Translations under genes and position numbers: made by a program | Part shown: positions 11,922 to 24,518 of the stretch, one piece after another | Layout of the letters: each line of letters opens with the position of its first letter | Position numbering within the stretch: the first letter of the stretch is position 1 | Notes under the pieces: generated by a model | What the model was told of the DNA's origin: nothing | Database searches by the model: none | The model's input: the letters and a program-made list of their open reading frames with translations, nothing else | NCBI RefSeq assembly: GCF_001194135.2 | Contig: NC_068984.1 | Span: forward strand, 22,657,910-22,701,043 | Direction of reading: 5' to 3' | From: Octopus bimaculoides | Lineage: Eukaryota | DNA length: 43,134 nt

Positions 11922-12704
11922 TCTGTGTTTGTGTGGGGAGGGGGTGTAAGCAATAATTATAACTATAATGAATATGTAAATTGGTACATCCTCAAAATTT
12001 ATTTCGTTTTATTCTACAACAACATACAGCATATTTTTATGGTTACGACGACCTACACTGCACATGCAACCGGGCATTATTTCCTGTGCAGGTACATTCA
12101 GGATCTTTCAACCAACGTGTGTGTGTACGTATGTGCGTGTGTGTGTGTATGTGTCTGTGCGCGTGTGCGTGCGTGTGTGCGCGCGCGCGGACCTATCTCC
12201 GAGTGTATTGCAGTCTTATTAGGTAAAATGCCACTTTCATGCTATGTGTGAGTACTATGGTATCTGCTAAATGCATCTCAGTACGATTGAATATCGGTGA
12301 CGGTCTATGTAAATCAGTGTCTCCACATGTAACCCAAGACAACTGTGGCAATAGCGTTAGTAACAAATGATGATGATGATGAAGATGATGATGATGACGA
12401 CGACGAAGACGACGACGACAACAACGAGGATGATTGTGATTATAATGTTGTCAACATCTTATATAATATTAATATGTTAGCGAAGTATGTCAACTGGTAA
12501 AGTGGAAATACAAGAAATATTGTCCTTTTTTTTTGGCACATTATATATGAAAAGGAAACCCTATTAATATATTTACTTACTTCTCTACTTCTCTATCTCT
12601 CCCTTTCTCTCACTCTATATATATCTCTCTCTCTCTCTCTTTATCTCTTTATGTCTTTCTCCGTATTATATATATATATTTCAAATTTTCATTAAACGTA
12701 AATC

Positions 12705-12900
12705 GAAGCTGGTGTATCAGTTTGACGCTCGGGAAGAATATGAAAATGTTTGACGTTTCGAGCCTATGTTCTTCAACAGAAAGGTTGGGAAGAAAAAAAT
12801 GGAGGGAAATAGGAGGGAGAGAATATGTGTAGAGATTAACAGTTCAACATGATGAAATGACCGGGAGAAAAAGGCTGAGGGAAAGGGAGATAATAACGGT
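12705..12900 (-). mobile_element. PLE pLTR-like repeat (family shared with 37340-37540)
   Basis: Homology to 37340-37540 around the HHR; boundaries approximate. Confidence 0.45.
12748..12783 (-). ncRNA. Second copy of the CUGUUGA-core minimal hammerhead motif, more degenerate
   Basis: Reverse complement CTTT-CTGTTGA-A-GAAC(atag)GCTC-GAAA-CGTC-AAAC, with one mismatch in stem II. Shares TGACGCTCGGGAA and TTTGACGTTTCGAG with the copy near 37405-37465. Confidence 0.6.
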
Positions 12901-13366
12901 GATCCGGCTGAACAAGGGTGCGCAAGCGTATGTGCATATGTAAGAATGCTGCCTATGAGTGTGTATGCGTGAATGGGGTGAGCGTTTGTGAATGTATTTG
13001 TGGGCGATTCTTTAATTATGGGGGCCTCTGTATGCGCGTATGGGAACGTGTATGTATATGGGTATGAGTAACCTGCTGCGTGCATTTTGTGGAGTGGTCT
13101 GTGTTTCGTGTAACTCTTTGTTTGTGTGTGTGTGCGCGCGCGCGTATAGATATAGTATATGTGTGTGTTAGGCTGTATATAGTGTATGTGCGAGGCTATT
13201 ATGCGTGTGTATGTGTGTGTGTGTGTGTGTGTGCTAACGATTCTGTGTAGCAGGTAATGTGTGTGACTCGTTGAGTGATGCACCTGTGTATGTGTGTGTG
13301 TGTGCGCGTTAGTGCATGAGGGGGGTGTATGTAACCCTATAGGTGCGTGTGTATTTTGTATGTTTA

Positions 13367-14174
13367 GGAAGTGGTATCAGAAAGTTCCAGGACTAGATGG
13401 CATCTCACGGTTGAAAGTGCATTCAAAGGTAGCAGTGACTTTCGTGAGGCAGTGTGACGAGTGACATCGCTGTGTTTACTGCACAAGTTGTGAAGTTTGT
13501 GTTACTGTAATCACGTGTATGCTGAAGTCTGCGATTTCTGTTATCGGCAGGAAGTTGGAACAGAGGGCCAACGTGAAATTTTGCCTCAAACTTGGGACGT
13601 CTGCTACAGAGACATTGATCATGCTTCAGAAAACTTACGGCGACGAGGCAATGGGTCGTACTACGCAATGTTTTGAGTGGTACGGGCGCTTCATAAGCGG
13701 CGACGATGAGCAATCTGGAAGGTCTGCCAGGAGCGCCATCCCTGAAAATGTGGAGAATATTCATCCGCTTGTGCATGAGGATCGTCGGAAGACAAGCAAT
13801 GACATTGCTGATGTTGTTCGCCTGTTGTATGAGTCCGTCTACATTCTTCACGAGAACAATGCACATTGTCACGGAGCTCTCCTTCTTCGTGAATTTCTCG
13901 CCAAAAACAACATGGTTTTGCTTCTGGGGATTACCATCTCTTCTTCAAGATGAAAATGTAACTCAAAGGTCACCGTTTGGACACAGCTGTCGAAATCAAG
14001 AACGAATCGCAGATGGTCCTTGATTACTTTACGGAAACCAACTTTTAGGCCGGAGTTCAAAAATACCAGCTTCGCTAGGACCGGTGTTTTGCTGTGCAAA
14101 GTGAGTATTACTTGGGTAAATAGGTTATTTTTTATCAAACATATCCAGTCCGGGAACGTGTTTAAACCACCTTT
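13367..14174 (+). mobile_element. Internally deleted mariner (Tc1/mariner) DNA transposon with both TIRs and TA target duplication
   Basis: Left end TA|GGAAGTGGTATCAGAAAGTTCCAGGACT; right end AGTCCGGGAACGTGTTTAAACCACCTTT|TA (imperfect ~28-bp TIRs). ORF 13519-13953 has the mariner HTH (EQRANVKFC, FEWYGRF) fused to the C-terminal LHENNAHCH..LREFLAKNN (LHHDNAPxH-like). Confidence 0.9.
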
Positions 14175-14329
14175 TATGCACGAAGGCTTTATGTGCTTGT
14201 ATGTGTTGTGTGCGTGTGCATTGTGTGTGCTTATAGGAGTGAATACTGTATACTGTGAGGGAATGCATAGAGGTGCGAGGTAGGATAAGGGTGGAGGGAG
14301 TTAGGGGATAGAAGGTATTGGGAGCTAGT

Positions 14330-14387
14330 GTGTGTGGAGTGGGAAGGTGTGTGGAGTGGGAAGGTGTGTGGAGTGGGAAGGTGTGTG
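14330..14387 (+). repeat. 17-bp minisatellite (GTGTGTGGAGTGGGAAG)x3 plus partial copy
   Basis: Three exact tandem copies read directly. Confidence 0.9.
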
Positions 14388-14803
14388 AATGGATGTGTAT
14401 GTGTGCGTAATGGTGTGTTGATTGTGTACTGAGTTGAACAGTATGTATGAGTGTTTGTATAATGGTGTACGCAGTGATGGTACTGGGTTAGGCTGTGTAC
14501 AGGTGTGAAGGTGGAGGGGCAGTCAAATGTGGGAGGTGTGTGGAAATACGTGTTGGGTTGGATTTAGATGAAGAGATACGACGATTTAAGGCCGTGAGGA
14601 GCAAAGGTAAAAAAAGAAGATAATTTTTTGTTCACAGCGGAGACGGAAGTCTGGGTGAACCTGTGTAATGACAGTCTGAACACAGACAGATATTACAGCG
14701 AATGACCAGTTGAGGAGAAGTGCTAGATTGAAGTGTCATTGCCGAGTCTGAGAGTCAGGTGTCTCGAAGGTGCTCAGTGAACCGGTCTGCCAAGCGGTGT
14801 CAT

Positions 14804-14869
<66 letters not shown>

Positions 14870-17528
14870 GGGAGAGAGAGAGAAAGGCAGATGGACAGAC
14901 AGACAGATAACTAGATAGATAAATGGCAAAATAGATAGATAGATAGATAGATAGAAGACGGAGAGCTATTGATGTAAATGCAATATACACACCCATGACT
15001 CCAGAGAGTTAACGAGAGGAAAACTTGAATTAAATTTGCTATAAATATTAATAGAATATTTACGACATAAATATATTACCAAACTTTATAGTCGTTCATA
15101 TGTATGGAAAAACTCTTCTGGTATTAATATTCTATAAACAATCCCTACATAACGAAATGGCTCACTTGGATACTATATAAATATGCAATACATTAACTGT
15201 GTTTATTAAACAAGAGACATTTTCAGGTGATGAAGATTAATTATAATCGTAATTGTTTACAAAACTCTCCATACAATTAAAAAGAATATGTATTAACCAA
15301 TAAATCTCCTGCCAGATTTGCTGTGGTTTATGGCTATAGTGATCATGTTACGTACAACATCGAATATTTTATAGTTCCTCGGTGATGCCTAGTTTTAGGC
15401 AGCCCGGAGCCAAATCGGTTGTTTTACCTTACCGCGTCTGATGTCGCGCAAAACGATGTTCTGTAACTGCTTTTCTTGCTTATGTAAGTGTCTATATGTA
15501 CATATAAATATATGCATATATATATATACATACACACATGTACATACCCAGATATATGTATATATACGTGCATATATGATCGAACGCCAAGCATCTTTTT
15601 CCAAGAAAGTTTTATCTTAATAATTACGATGCGCACACTTATTCTATCTCTTTTCTGTCTATCTCCCTCTCTTGTTCTTCCTTTCTGTTTTTCTCTCCCA
15701 CCCTTTTCCTATTCTTCTCCTCTCCCCTTCACCGTTCCCCCCACCCCACTTTCTCTCTCTCTCTGTCTCTCTCAGACACTCTTCCTCCTTGACTCTCTCG
15801 TTGCTCACACATGACTAACGGCCATTCTTTCTTTCTTCCACTTCCTTCTTAAAGACAAGACGGAGGTCTGCGCTCTCCGACTGCTTGTCTAGTTGTTGCT
15901 GCTGTTTTTACTGCCGTTGTTTGTTGCTGGTTTTGTTGTTGTGTTGTGGTTGTTACTGCTGCTACTGCCGGTGTTATTGCCGTACTTATTGCAGATGCTG
16001 TTTTTGTTGCTGTTGTTTATATTTTGAAATCACCCCAAGGCAAGGACTCTGGCCTTGACTACCTATCTTTTGCAGTGTCTAGCAATGTCTCGTTACACAC
16101 AGTTTCTTAAATCTAATAGAGAGTAATTTGAGGTATAACTGACTATTAGGTTTTGAAGGTCTAGTAACCACATGGAGGCTTCACCTTTGGTTCAGAAGGA
16201 GTAGTGCTGATGTGACGTGCTTATAATCACATCAACATTCGTCTTGTGTTTGCTTTCTTTTTCCCCATGTGCTTTGTATATGTGGGGATACTGTATACCT
16301 TCTCGGGTAATGTAGTATGTCACACCTAATAGCTTCATAAAATTCCAGTAAAATAATGTAATCGATGTTATATATTTAATCAATTTATGAAATTATTATC
16401 TTAAATAACTTTCAATAATTGTCACGCAAAGCTCACTTTAGGCACTTCCAAAATAATTTTACACCAGCAGTGTCTAATCTTCTTAATCCACGATGTCCTC
16501 CAAGCATCTGAACAAAACATCTGAGGTTTGGTTAAAATCATGAGTCCAGATGGAGTCCACAGGGCGCTTGAAGAAAATGCATTCGAGGAATATTTTCTCC
16601 GAATTTTCACATTTCCGTTTTAGGAGTCTTTTCATGTCTGCTATTTTATTCTTCGATACATAACATGCCGTAAAATCTAAAAGCTGTTCTTTATATGTTT
16701 CTTCTTTTCCTTTTCTCTGTTTTTGACTTGTTAATGTCATATAAAGTCGGCGGTCCATTTTTATATTCTATATAAAATTCACCTCGTTTTCAAGACGGGT
16801 TCTATTTTCATAAAGTTATCTTGGTTGCTCCTGTTTTATAGTTGTTTTCCTTTGTATTTTCTCAGTGATCTTAGGTAGCACGATCAGAAGACTGACAATG
16901 AATATAATGTCTAAAATATAACATCTACACGCTTCGCGTAATCTTTAAACGGAAGTCGGTTTAAAAGATGGCAGAATAGATGTAAAAATCAAGAGCGTGC
17001 CAGTAGCTCCACAATTTTCAAATATACGGTTACTTTCGTTTTTCTGCTATTCTGCATACCATTATTTCGGCATTATAGTGTAGTTTATTTCCCTTCTCTC
17101 CTACTTTTATTGTCTCATTATTCTTGTCTTATAAACAGATCAGTTTTTCAGTGCATATTTCTTCATTATTTTAGTGCAGGTAATTTCGAAGATTTTGGAC
17201 GTCAGCTGTAAATATTCAACATAAATGTCTCCTTAATTAGAATTATTCGAAGCGTGCACGTATATTATGTGAGAAATGGAGAGATAGAACCGAGAAAGAG
17301 AAAGTGGTGGCTGAATGAAGAAAATTGAAGCCCACTAAATTCCAATTAAGCTTAAAGATAGTCTGTTCTACAATCTGATTTATGTTTTGTATTCTTGATT
17401 AAAATCATTAGAATGCAGTCTGGTCGTTCTCGTGTTATGTAGATAAACTAGTATTTGCTCTAAAATATTTCCACACACACACACGCGCGTACACACACAC
17501 ACATACACACACACAAATACTCACACAA

Positions 17529-17605
<77 letters not shown>

Positions 17606-18209
17606 NNNNNNNNNNNNNNNNNNNNNNNNNNNNNNNNNNNNNNNNNNNNNNNNNNNNNNNNNNNNNNNNNNNNNNNNNNNNNNNNNNNNNNNNNNNNNNN
17701 NNNNNNNNNNNNNNNNNNNNNNNNNNNNNNNNNNNNNNNNNNNNNNNNNNNNNNNNNNNNNNNNNNNNNNNNNNNNNNNNNNNNNNNNNNNNNNNNNNNN
17801 NNNNNNNNNNNNNNNNNNNNNNNNNNNNNNNNNNNNNNNNNNNNNNNNNNNNNNNNNNNNNNNNNNNNNNNNNNNNNNNNNNNNNNNNNNNNNNNNNNNN
17901 NNNNNNNNNNNNNNNNNNNNNNNNNNNNNNNNNNNNNNNNNNNNNNNNNNNNNNNNNNNNNNNNNNNNNNNNNNNNNNNNNNNNNNNNNNNNNNNNNNNN
18001 NNNNNNNNNNNNNNNNNNNNNNNNNNNNNNNNNNNNNNNNNNNNNNNNNNNNNNNNNNNNNNNNNNNNNNNNNNNNNNNNNNNNNNNNNNNNNNNNNNNN
18101 NNNNNNNNNNNNNNNNNNNNNNNNNNNNNNNNNNNNNNNNNNNNNNNNNNNNNNNNNNNNNNNNNNNNNNNNNNNNNNNNNNNNNNNNNNNNNNNNNNNN
18201 NNNNNNNNN

Positions 18210-18242
<33 letters not shown>

Positions 18243-18892
18243 ATGTGTCCGTGTTTATGTATTTGTATACAAGTATATGCGTATTTAATGTATGCATGTA
18301 TATATATATGTGTGTGTTTGTGTCTGTCTTCAAGTTCATATGTGCAGCAAGAATACATACATATGTGTGAAAACACATACGCACATATGCGTACATACAC
18401 CCAGATACTTGTCTCCAGACACAAATACACGCGTAAACACATTCACACACAAACACACACACACATATATATATATACACAAACACAAGCATATTATTTA
18501 AGCATAGTAAGAAATAGAGAGATAGAGAAGATTGAGAAAGAGAAATCCAACATCCATTTAGCCACACTTCCATTATCCAATTTTAAAAACAGAAAAAGAA
18601 ACCGTCTTCCTTTTCAATGAAAGACCTGATTAATAATAGCGAGATTAGAAAAACACTAACTTAATTTCAATATACTTTCATATGTGTCACAAAGCAAAAT
18701 ATTAAAAAGACAGAGATTTTTTAAAAAACTGTTCTAAAGAGATACGAAGACATTTCAATGTTATGTACTTTGAATTTCTGTGCGTGATTGTCATAACATA
18801 TAGACGCTTGTTCCTATCTGTGTGTTTGTATACACGTATGTAATGTTACATTTATATATATGTATATGCGTATTTATGAAGGCATGCTTGTA

Positions 18893-18965
<73 letters not shown>

Positions 18966-19856
18966 CGCGCGTGCCCGTGCGTGCGCGTGCCCGTGTGTTC
19001 GCGTGCCCGTGTGTGCGCGTGTGTTTGTGTGTGAATGTATATGTGAGTATATCTATATATGTACATACATACATATGCATTTCTAGCTCAATGTAATAAT
19101 GAACGTATAAAATAAAATCAAGCATTCATTTATTATGCTAACATGGATACGTATATATACATGTAGGTATGTAAATATCATATTAGAATATACGCCATAT
19201 TGCGTGCGTATGTCTGACGATGGTTTCGCCTGCACTGATACAGAAATCTACTTCTTTCACACAGATATTTATTTTTCTTCCTTTAATTTTTATCTAACAT
19301 ACTTTTTAACTTTTACCTTTTCTCTTTTTTTTTTTTTTTGGTCTTAAGCACACAAACGTCAGGTGAGGAGATACAAATTCTTTGTAGTTGGAAAGAGCTT
19401 TATTTTCTTGTTCGTCAACAGTGACATTTTGACATTACCAAAATAGTTTTCTTTTATTATTTCAAAGAAAAAATGTTATTATTTTATTTTAAGCACTACG
19501 TGTTTAACATATTTGCAACACGCAATCTAATGAAATTGGTGTAAAACTAGGGGAAGAGAAAGTGTAAGTAGGATTTCAAAAAGAACAAACAGCGTTAAAA
19601 TAGTTAAAATTTAATGTCATAAAATGAAAGAAAATAATTATAAGTCTTTAGAAAAACCGAAAGATCGAGGCTGCTTCTAAATGCGACGTTTGAATGGCTT
19701 AAGAGAAAGAATACCTTTGTGGAAGAATCAAGTTCCATCAAGATACACTTTCGAACTTACAAATTCTCAAAACATTACATGTGGTACATAGGACGAGTTC
19801 ACACAAACACACACACACACACACACATACATCTACACACACATCCACACACACAT

Positions 19857-19888
<32 letters not shown>

Positions 19889-20114
19889 TCATACACATAC
19901 ACTCGCTCACACACACACACACATATATACACATCTGTGTATTATGTACGTATGTACGTATGTGTGTGTGTATGTATGTGTATATATATATGTATCTATG
20001 TATAAGTAGCCATTTCATCTGCTGTTTCGTATTTGACCTCCAAATTCGCCATTATGTAAATGAATCTTTTTCGTCCTCGATAGAAAACATTCTACCAATT
20101 CTTTGAAATAGCAT

Positions 20115-20345
20115 ATACATAACTGAGGGCTCCACAGACACCTGTATCCTTACCGTAACAGCCCCAAACAGAATCGGTGTGTCACTATCAGTATCCAGTG
20201 ACTTTCCAGACCATTTCTGCCAAGCTAATTTCAGTCACAAGCCTCAAATAGACCCGAAACTATAAGAAAAGACTGAAGCGCAAGATACCAAACTAAGGAT
20301 CGAACACAGGATCTTATGATTGCGAAATGCACTTCTTAGGCATAA
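20115..20345 (-). mobile_element. Degenerate tRNA-derived SINE
   Basis: B box GTTCGATCC on the minus strand (about 20297-20305), followed by diverged family A-like body. Confidence 0.45.
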
Positions 20346-21433
20346 CCACTCGAAAACGAAGGTATGTATTACTACAAAGATAAGTGGTACAACCTGCTTG
20401 CAAAGGCAACAGCAAAATGTACTCTCAAACAAACTTCTACTACTGACATGTGAAACACGTGTTTCGAATTGTAATCCATAGGGCAACATTCCAACACAGA
20501 TTAGAAGGCTACATTTATAAATAAACCTAATCATACTATGATGTTCTTTCTAAATGAATCGTCCTTCACCAGCTTTATTCTATGTAGAACTAAATATTAA
20601 TGCTTGACTGGCGAGCATGACTGGCGAACTGTTAATTCCGATAATGAAATGTGTTGTGGAAGTATACGTTTGCCTAAGAGCAACTAATGCTTACTCAGAG
20701 TATGTTACTTTTGTTTCTTTGTTACTTTTTATGTACTTAACTCTTTTGTAACGCAAAACAAGGTTTAAATTACAACATACAAACACACACACATACATAA
20801 ATATATATANNNNNNNNNNNNNNNNNNNNNNNNNNNNNNNNNNNNNNNNNNNNNNNNNNNNNNNNNNNNNNNNNNNNNNNNNNNNNNNNNNNNNNNNNNN
20901 NNNNNNNNNNNNNNNNNNNNNNNNNNNNNNNNNNNNNNNNNNNNNNNNNNNNNNNNNNNNNNNNNNNNNNNNNNNNNNNNNNNNNNNNNNNNNNNNNNNN
21001 NNNNNNNNNNNNNNNNNNNNNNNNNNNNNNNNNNNNNNNNNNNNNNNNNNNNNNNNNNNNNNNNNNNNNNNNNNNNNNNNNNNNNNNNNNNNNNNNNNNN
21101 NNNNNNNNNNNNNNNNNNNNNNNNNNNNNNNNNNNNNNNNNNNNNNNNNNNNNNNNNNNNNNNNNNNNNNNNNNNNNNNNNNNNNNNNNNNNNNNNNNNN
21201 NNNNNNNNNNNNNNNNNNNNNNNNNNNNNNNNNNNNNNNNNNNNNNNNNNNNNNNNNNNNNNNNNNNNNNNNNNNNNNNNNNNNNNNNNNNNNNNNNNNN
21301 NNNNNNNNNNNNNNNNNNNNNNNNNNNNNNNNNNNNNATATATATATATACGCGAAGCTAGAACATCGCAATGCTGCACATATATATATATATATAAACA
21401 TTTGTGGAGATGAGTCACATTTGTTTCACTATA

Positions 21434-21479
<46 letters not shown>

Positions 21480-21762
21480 CCTATCTATCTATCTATCTGT
21501 CAGCCTATCTACCTACATATATTTCTATTTATCTATCTCCTTTGTCATGGGATCTCACCCCAAAAGAAAAAAAATCAATGTTCTCTTCTAAACAACCCTG
21601 TCCCCAAAAAACATGTTTTAGATAAATGAACAAGCTGCTTGTACATACACAAAATTTTATTTGACGAGTTCGAGGAACGAACGAAAATGCTAATAATACT
21701 GAAGAAAAAAAAGATGATTTTTTTATTCCAAAATTATGACGACTTTTTTTCTTAATATATAT

Positions 21763-22170
21763 GCGCAGGAGTGGTTGTGTGGTAAGTAGCTTCCTTACCA
21801 ACCACATGGTTCCAGGTTGAGCTCCACTGCATGGCATCTTGGGCACGTGTCTTCTACTATAGCTTCGTGCTATAGTAGAAAGCCTTGTGAGTGGATTTAG
21901 TAGACGGAAACTGAAAGAAGCCCGTCGTATATATGTATATATATGTATGTGTGCGTATATGTTTGTGTGTCTATGTTTGTCCTCCCAACATCGCTTGACA
22001 ACCGATGCTGGTGTATTTACGTCCCCGTAACGTTAGTGGTTCAGCAAAAGTGACAGATAGAATAAGTACTAGGCTTACAAAGAATAAGTCCTGGGGTTGA
22101 TTTGCTCCACTAAAGGCGGTGTTCCAGCATGGCCGCAGTCAAATCACTGAAACAAGTAAAAGAATAAAAG
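21763..22170 (+). mobile_element. tRNA-derived SINE with CORE-like segment (family A), internal (TA/TG)n, tail ending GAATAAAAG
   Basis: Degenerate A/B boxes (GTGGTTGTGTGG; GGTTGAGCTCC), CORE-like CATCTTGGGCACGTGTCTTCTACTATAGC. Co-linear with 24165-24518. Confidence 0.8.
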
Positions 22171-22830
22171 GAGATATATATATATNNNNNNNNNNNNNNN
22201 NNNNNNNNNNNNNNNNNNNNNNNNNNNNNNNNNNNNNNNNNNNNNNNNNNNNNNNNNNNNNNNNNNNNNNNNNNNNNNNNNNNNNNNNNNNNNNNNNNNN
22301 NNNNNNNNNNNNNNNNNNNNNNNNNNNNNNNNNNNNNNNNNNNNNNNNNNNNNNNNNNNNNNNNNNNNNNNNNNNNNNNNNNNNNNNNNNNNNNNNNNNN
22401 NNNNNNNNNNNNNNNNNNNNNNNNNNNNNNNNNNNNNNNNNNNNNNNNNNNNNNNNNNNNNNNNNNNNNNNNNNNNNNNNNNNNNNNNNNNNNNNNNNNN
22501 NNNNNNNNNNNNNNNNNNNNNNNNNNNNNNNNNNNNNNNNNNNNNNNNNNNNNNNNNNNNNNNNNNNNNNNNNNNNNNNNNNNNNNNNNNNNNNNNNNNN
22601 NNNNNNNNNNNNNNNNNNNNNNNNNNNNNNNNNNNNNNNNNNNNNNNNNNNNNNNNNNNNNNNNNNNNNNNNNNNNNNNNNNNNNNNNNNNNNNNNNNNN
22701 NNNNNNNNNNNNNNNNNNNNNNNNNNNNNNNNNNNNNNNNNNNNNNNNNNNNNNNNNNNNNNNNNNNNNNNNNNNNNNNNNNNNNNNNNNNNNNNNNNNN
22801 NNNNNNNNNNNNNNNNNNNNNNNNNNNNNG

Positions 22831-22957
22831 CAACTGGTACTTGATTTATTGACACCGAAAGGATGAAAGTCAAAGTCGACCACGGCGGAATTTTGAACTC
22901 AGAACATAAAGACAGACAAAATACCGCTAAGCATTTCGCCCAGCGTGCTAACGTTTC
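22831..22957 (-). mobile_element. SINE family B, second copy abutting the first
   Basis: Direct repeat of 23040-23175 (GGATGAAAG.CAAAGTCGACC, CCGCTAAGCATTTCGCCC, GCTAACGTTTC); 3' end runs into the N-gap. Confidence 0.8.
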
Positions 22958-23190
22958 TTATTTCTTTATTGCCCACAAGGAGCCTAACATAGAGGGGAAA
23001 AACAAGGACAGACAAAGGGATTAAGTCGATTACATCGACCCTAGTGTCTAACTGGTGCTTAATTTATCGACCTCCAAAGGATGAAAGGCAAAGTCGACCT
23101 AGGCGGAATTTGAACCCAGAACGTAACGGCAGACGAAATGCCGCTAAGCATTTCGCCCGTCATGCTAACGTTTCTGCCAGCGCGCCGCCT
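22958..23190 (-). mobile_element. Near full-length tRNA-derived SINE (family B)
   Basis: Reverse complement begins AGGCGGCGCGCTGGCAGAAACGTTAGC (A box), has GGGTTCAAATTCC (B box), and body GTCGACTTTGCCTTTCATCCTTTGGAGGTCGATAAATTAAG. Confidence 0.8.
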
Positions 23191-24164
23191 TCTGCAGAGC
23201 AGATATTATATAAGAAGTGACAATGTAATATTTATGAAGGTGGAAAGTGAAGGGAAATATACATTTATGTTTTCAATTTTTACTCTTTAGCTCCAAAGAA
23301 AACTTAATGGTCGAATTAATGAAAGAGTGACTGCTGCTATATTAAGATAATTTTGCAGAATAACTTACTTAGCCCTAGAAAACTATGTTTTACACTATAC
23401 GACGTGACTCACTCCAGTCGACATTTTAGACTAATAAATCCTGAAAAACCTTCTCTAATCTGATAGTATGGAGGTTATTTTTCGATGATACTAATACTGA
23501 AGAAGGCAAGTTTTGCGATTTTATTGTCTTGAGAGAACCCATCTCTAGCCTATAAAATTGTATGAGAATTTTAATACAAGTTTTGTAGCTACAATTTGAT
23601 GTAGTGTTATTGTTGTGTTTGTTGTTGTCGTTATTGCTGCCGCTGCTGCTGCTGCTGCTGCTGCTTCTATTGATTAACCCATGCTGACCCTTACTGAGCC
23701 ATTCTTTGAACATTTTCAACCATCGTGTTCCTTTGCATATTTAGGATCTCATTCTTCAATATTTCCTTCATTTTCAGATAGGAAGGAGGCCTGACTGATA
23801 CTTCTAGTAAATTTCAGCAACCCTGTTGAGGTTCCATGATGTCATCTAGAAAACCTTTCTTGTATTTAACAGGGTATCGGTTACACGTCTACATGGTAGA
23901 TATTCATGTTTTGACTTATAATTTTAATCGCCCAAACGGATTTTAAAAATATGTGAGAAGGAATCATCATCTCACAAGGTATTGGAAAATATATTGATGT
24001 GTGTGCGTTTTGTGTCTTTTGTGTGTGCGTGTGTGTGTGTAAGCAGGAGATTTTGTGTGTACACTTGAAACTTTGTATGTATGTATGCATGAAATTATGT
24101 ACGTATGCAGGTATGTATGTGTACGTATGAATGTATGTAAATATACATACATTCATACGTATAT

Positions 24165-24292
24165 GTGGGTGTGTGGTAAGAAGGTTGCTTCCCAACCCTA
24201 TGGTTCCTTGTTCAATTGTCTTCTACTACAACTTCGGGCCGACCAAAGCCTTGCGAGTGGATTTAGTAGACGGAAACTGAAAGAAGCCTGTC

Positions 24293-24344
<52 letters not shown>

Positions 24345-24518
24345 ATATGTTTGTGTGTTTGTGTTTGTTCTTCCCACCATCGCTTGACAGACTGGAATAA
24401 GTACTAGATGGAATAAGTACTAGACTTACAAAGAATAAGTCCTGGGTCAATTTGTTCGACTGAAGGCTGTGCTCCAGCATGGCCGCAGTCAATCTACTGG
24501 AACAAATAAAAGAATAAA
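24165..24518 (+). mobile_element. SINE family A, second copy
   Basis: Shares GAGTGGATTTAGTAGACGGAAACTGAAAGAAGCC, CTTACAAAGAATAAGTCCTGGG and CCAGCATGGCCGCAGTCAA with 21763-22170. Confidence 0.8.

Noticed and set aside
14330-14387. Regular repeats as a CRISPR array
   Set aside because: Tandem units without unique spacers, in eukaryotic DNA.
14637-14760. Strong acceptor TTTTTTGTTCACAG followed by complex sequence
   Set aside because: All three frames stop before a convincing donor.
16422-16758. DAWRTSWIKKIRHCWCKI resembles pogo/Tigger transposase C-terminus
   Set aside because: Only a few matching residues; no DDE motif or TIR found.
21763-23190. A/B boxes as tRNA genes
   Set aside because: No cloverleaf; they continue into SINE bodies.
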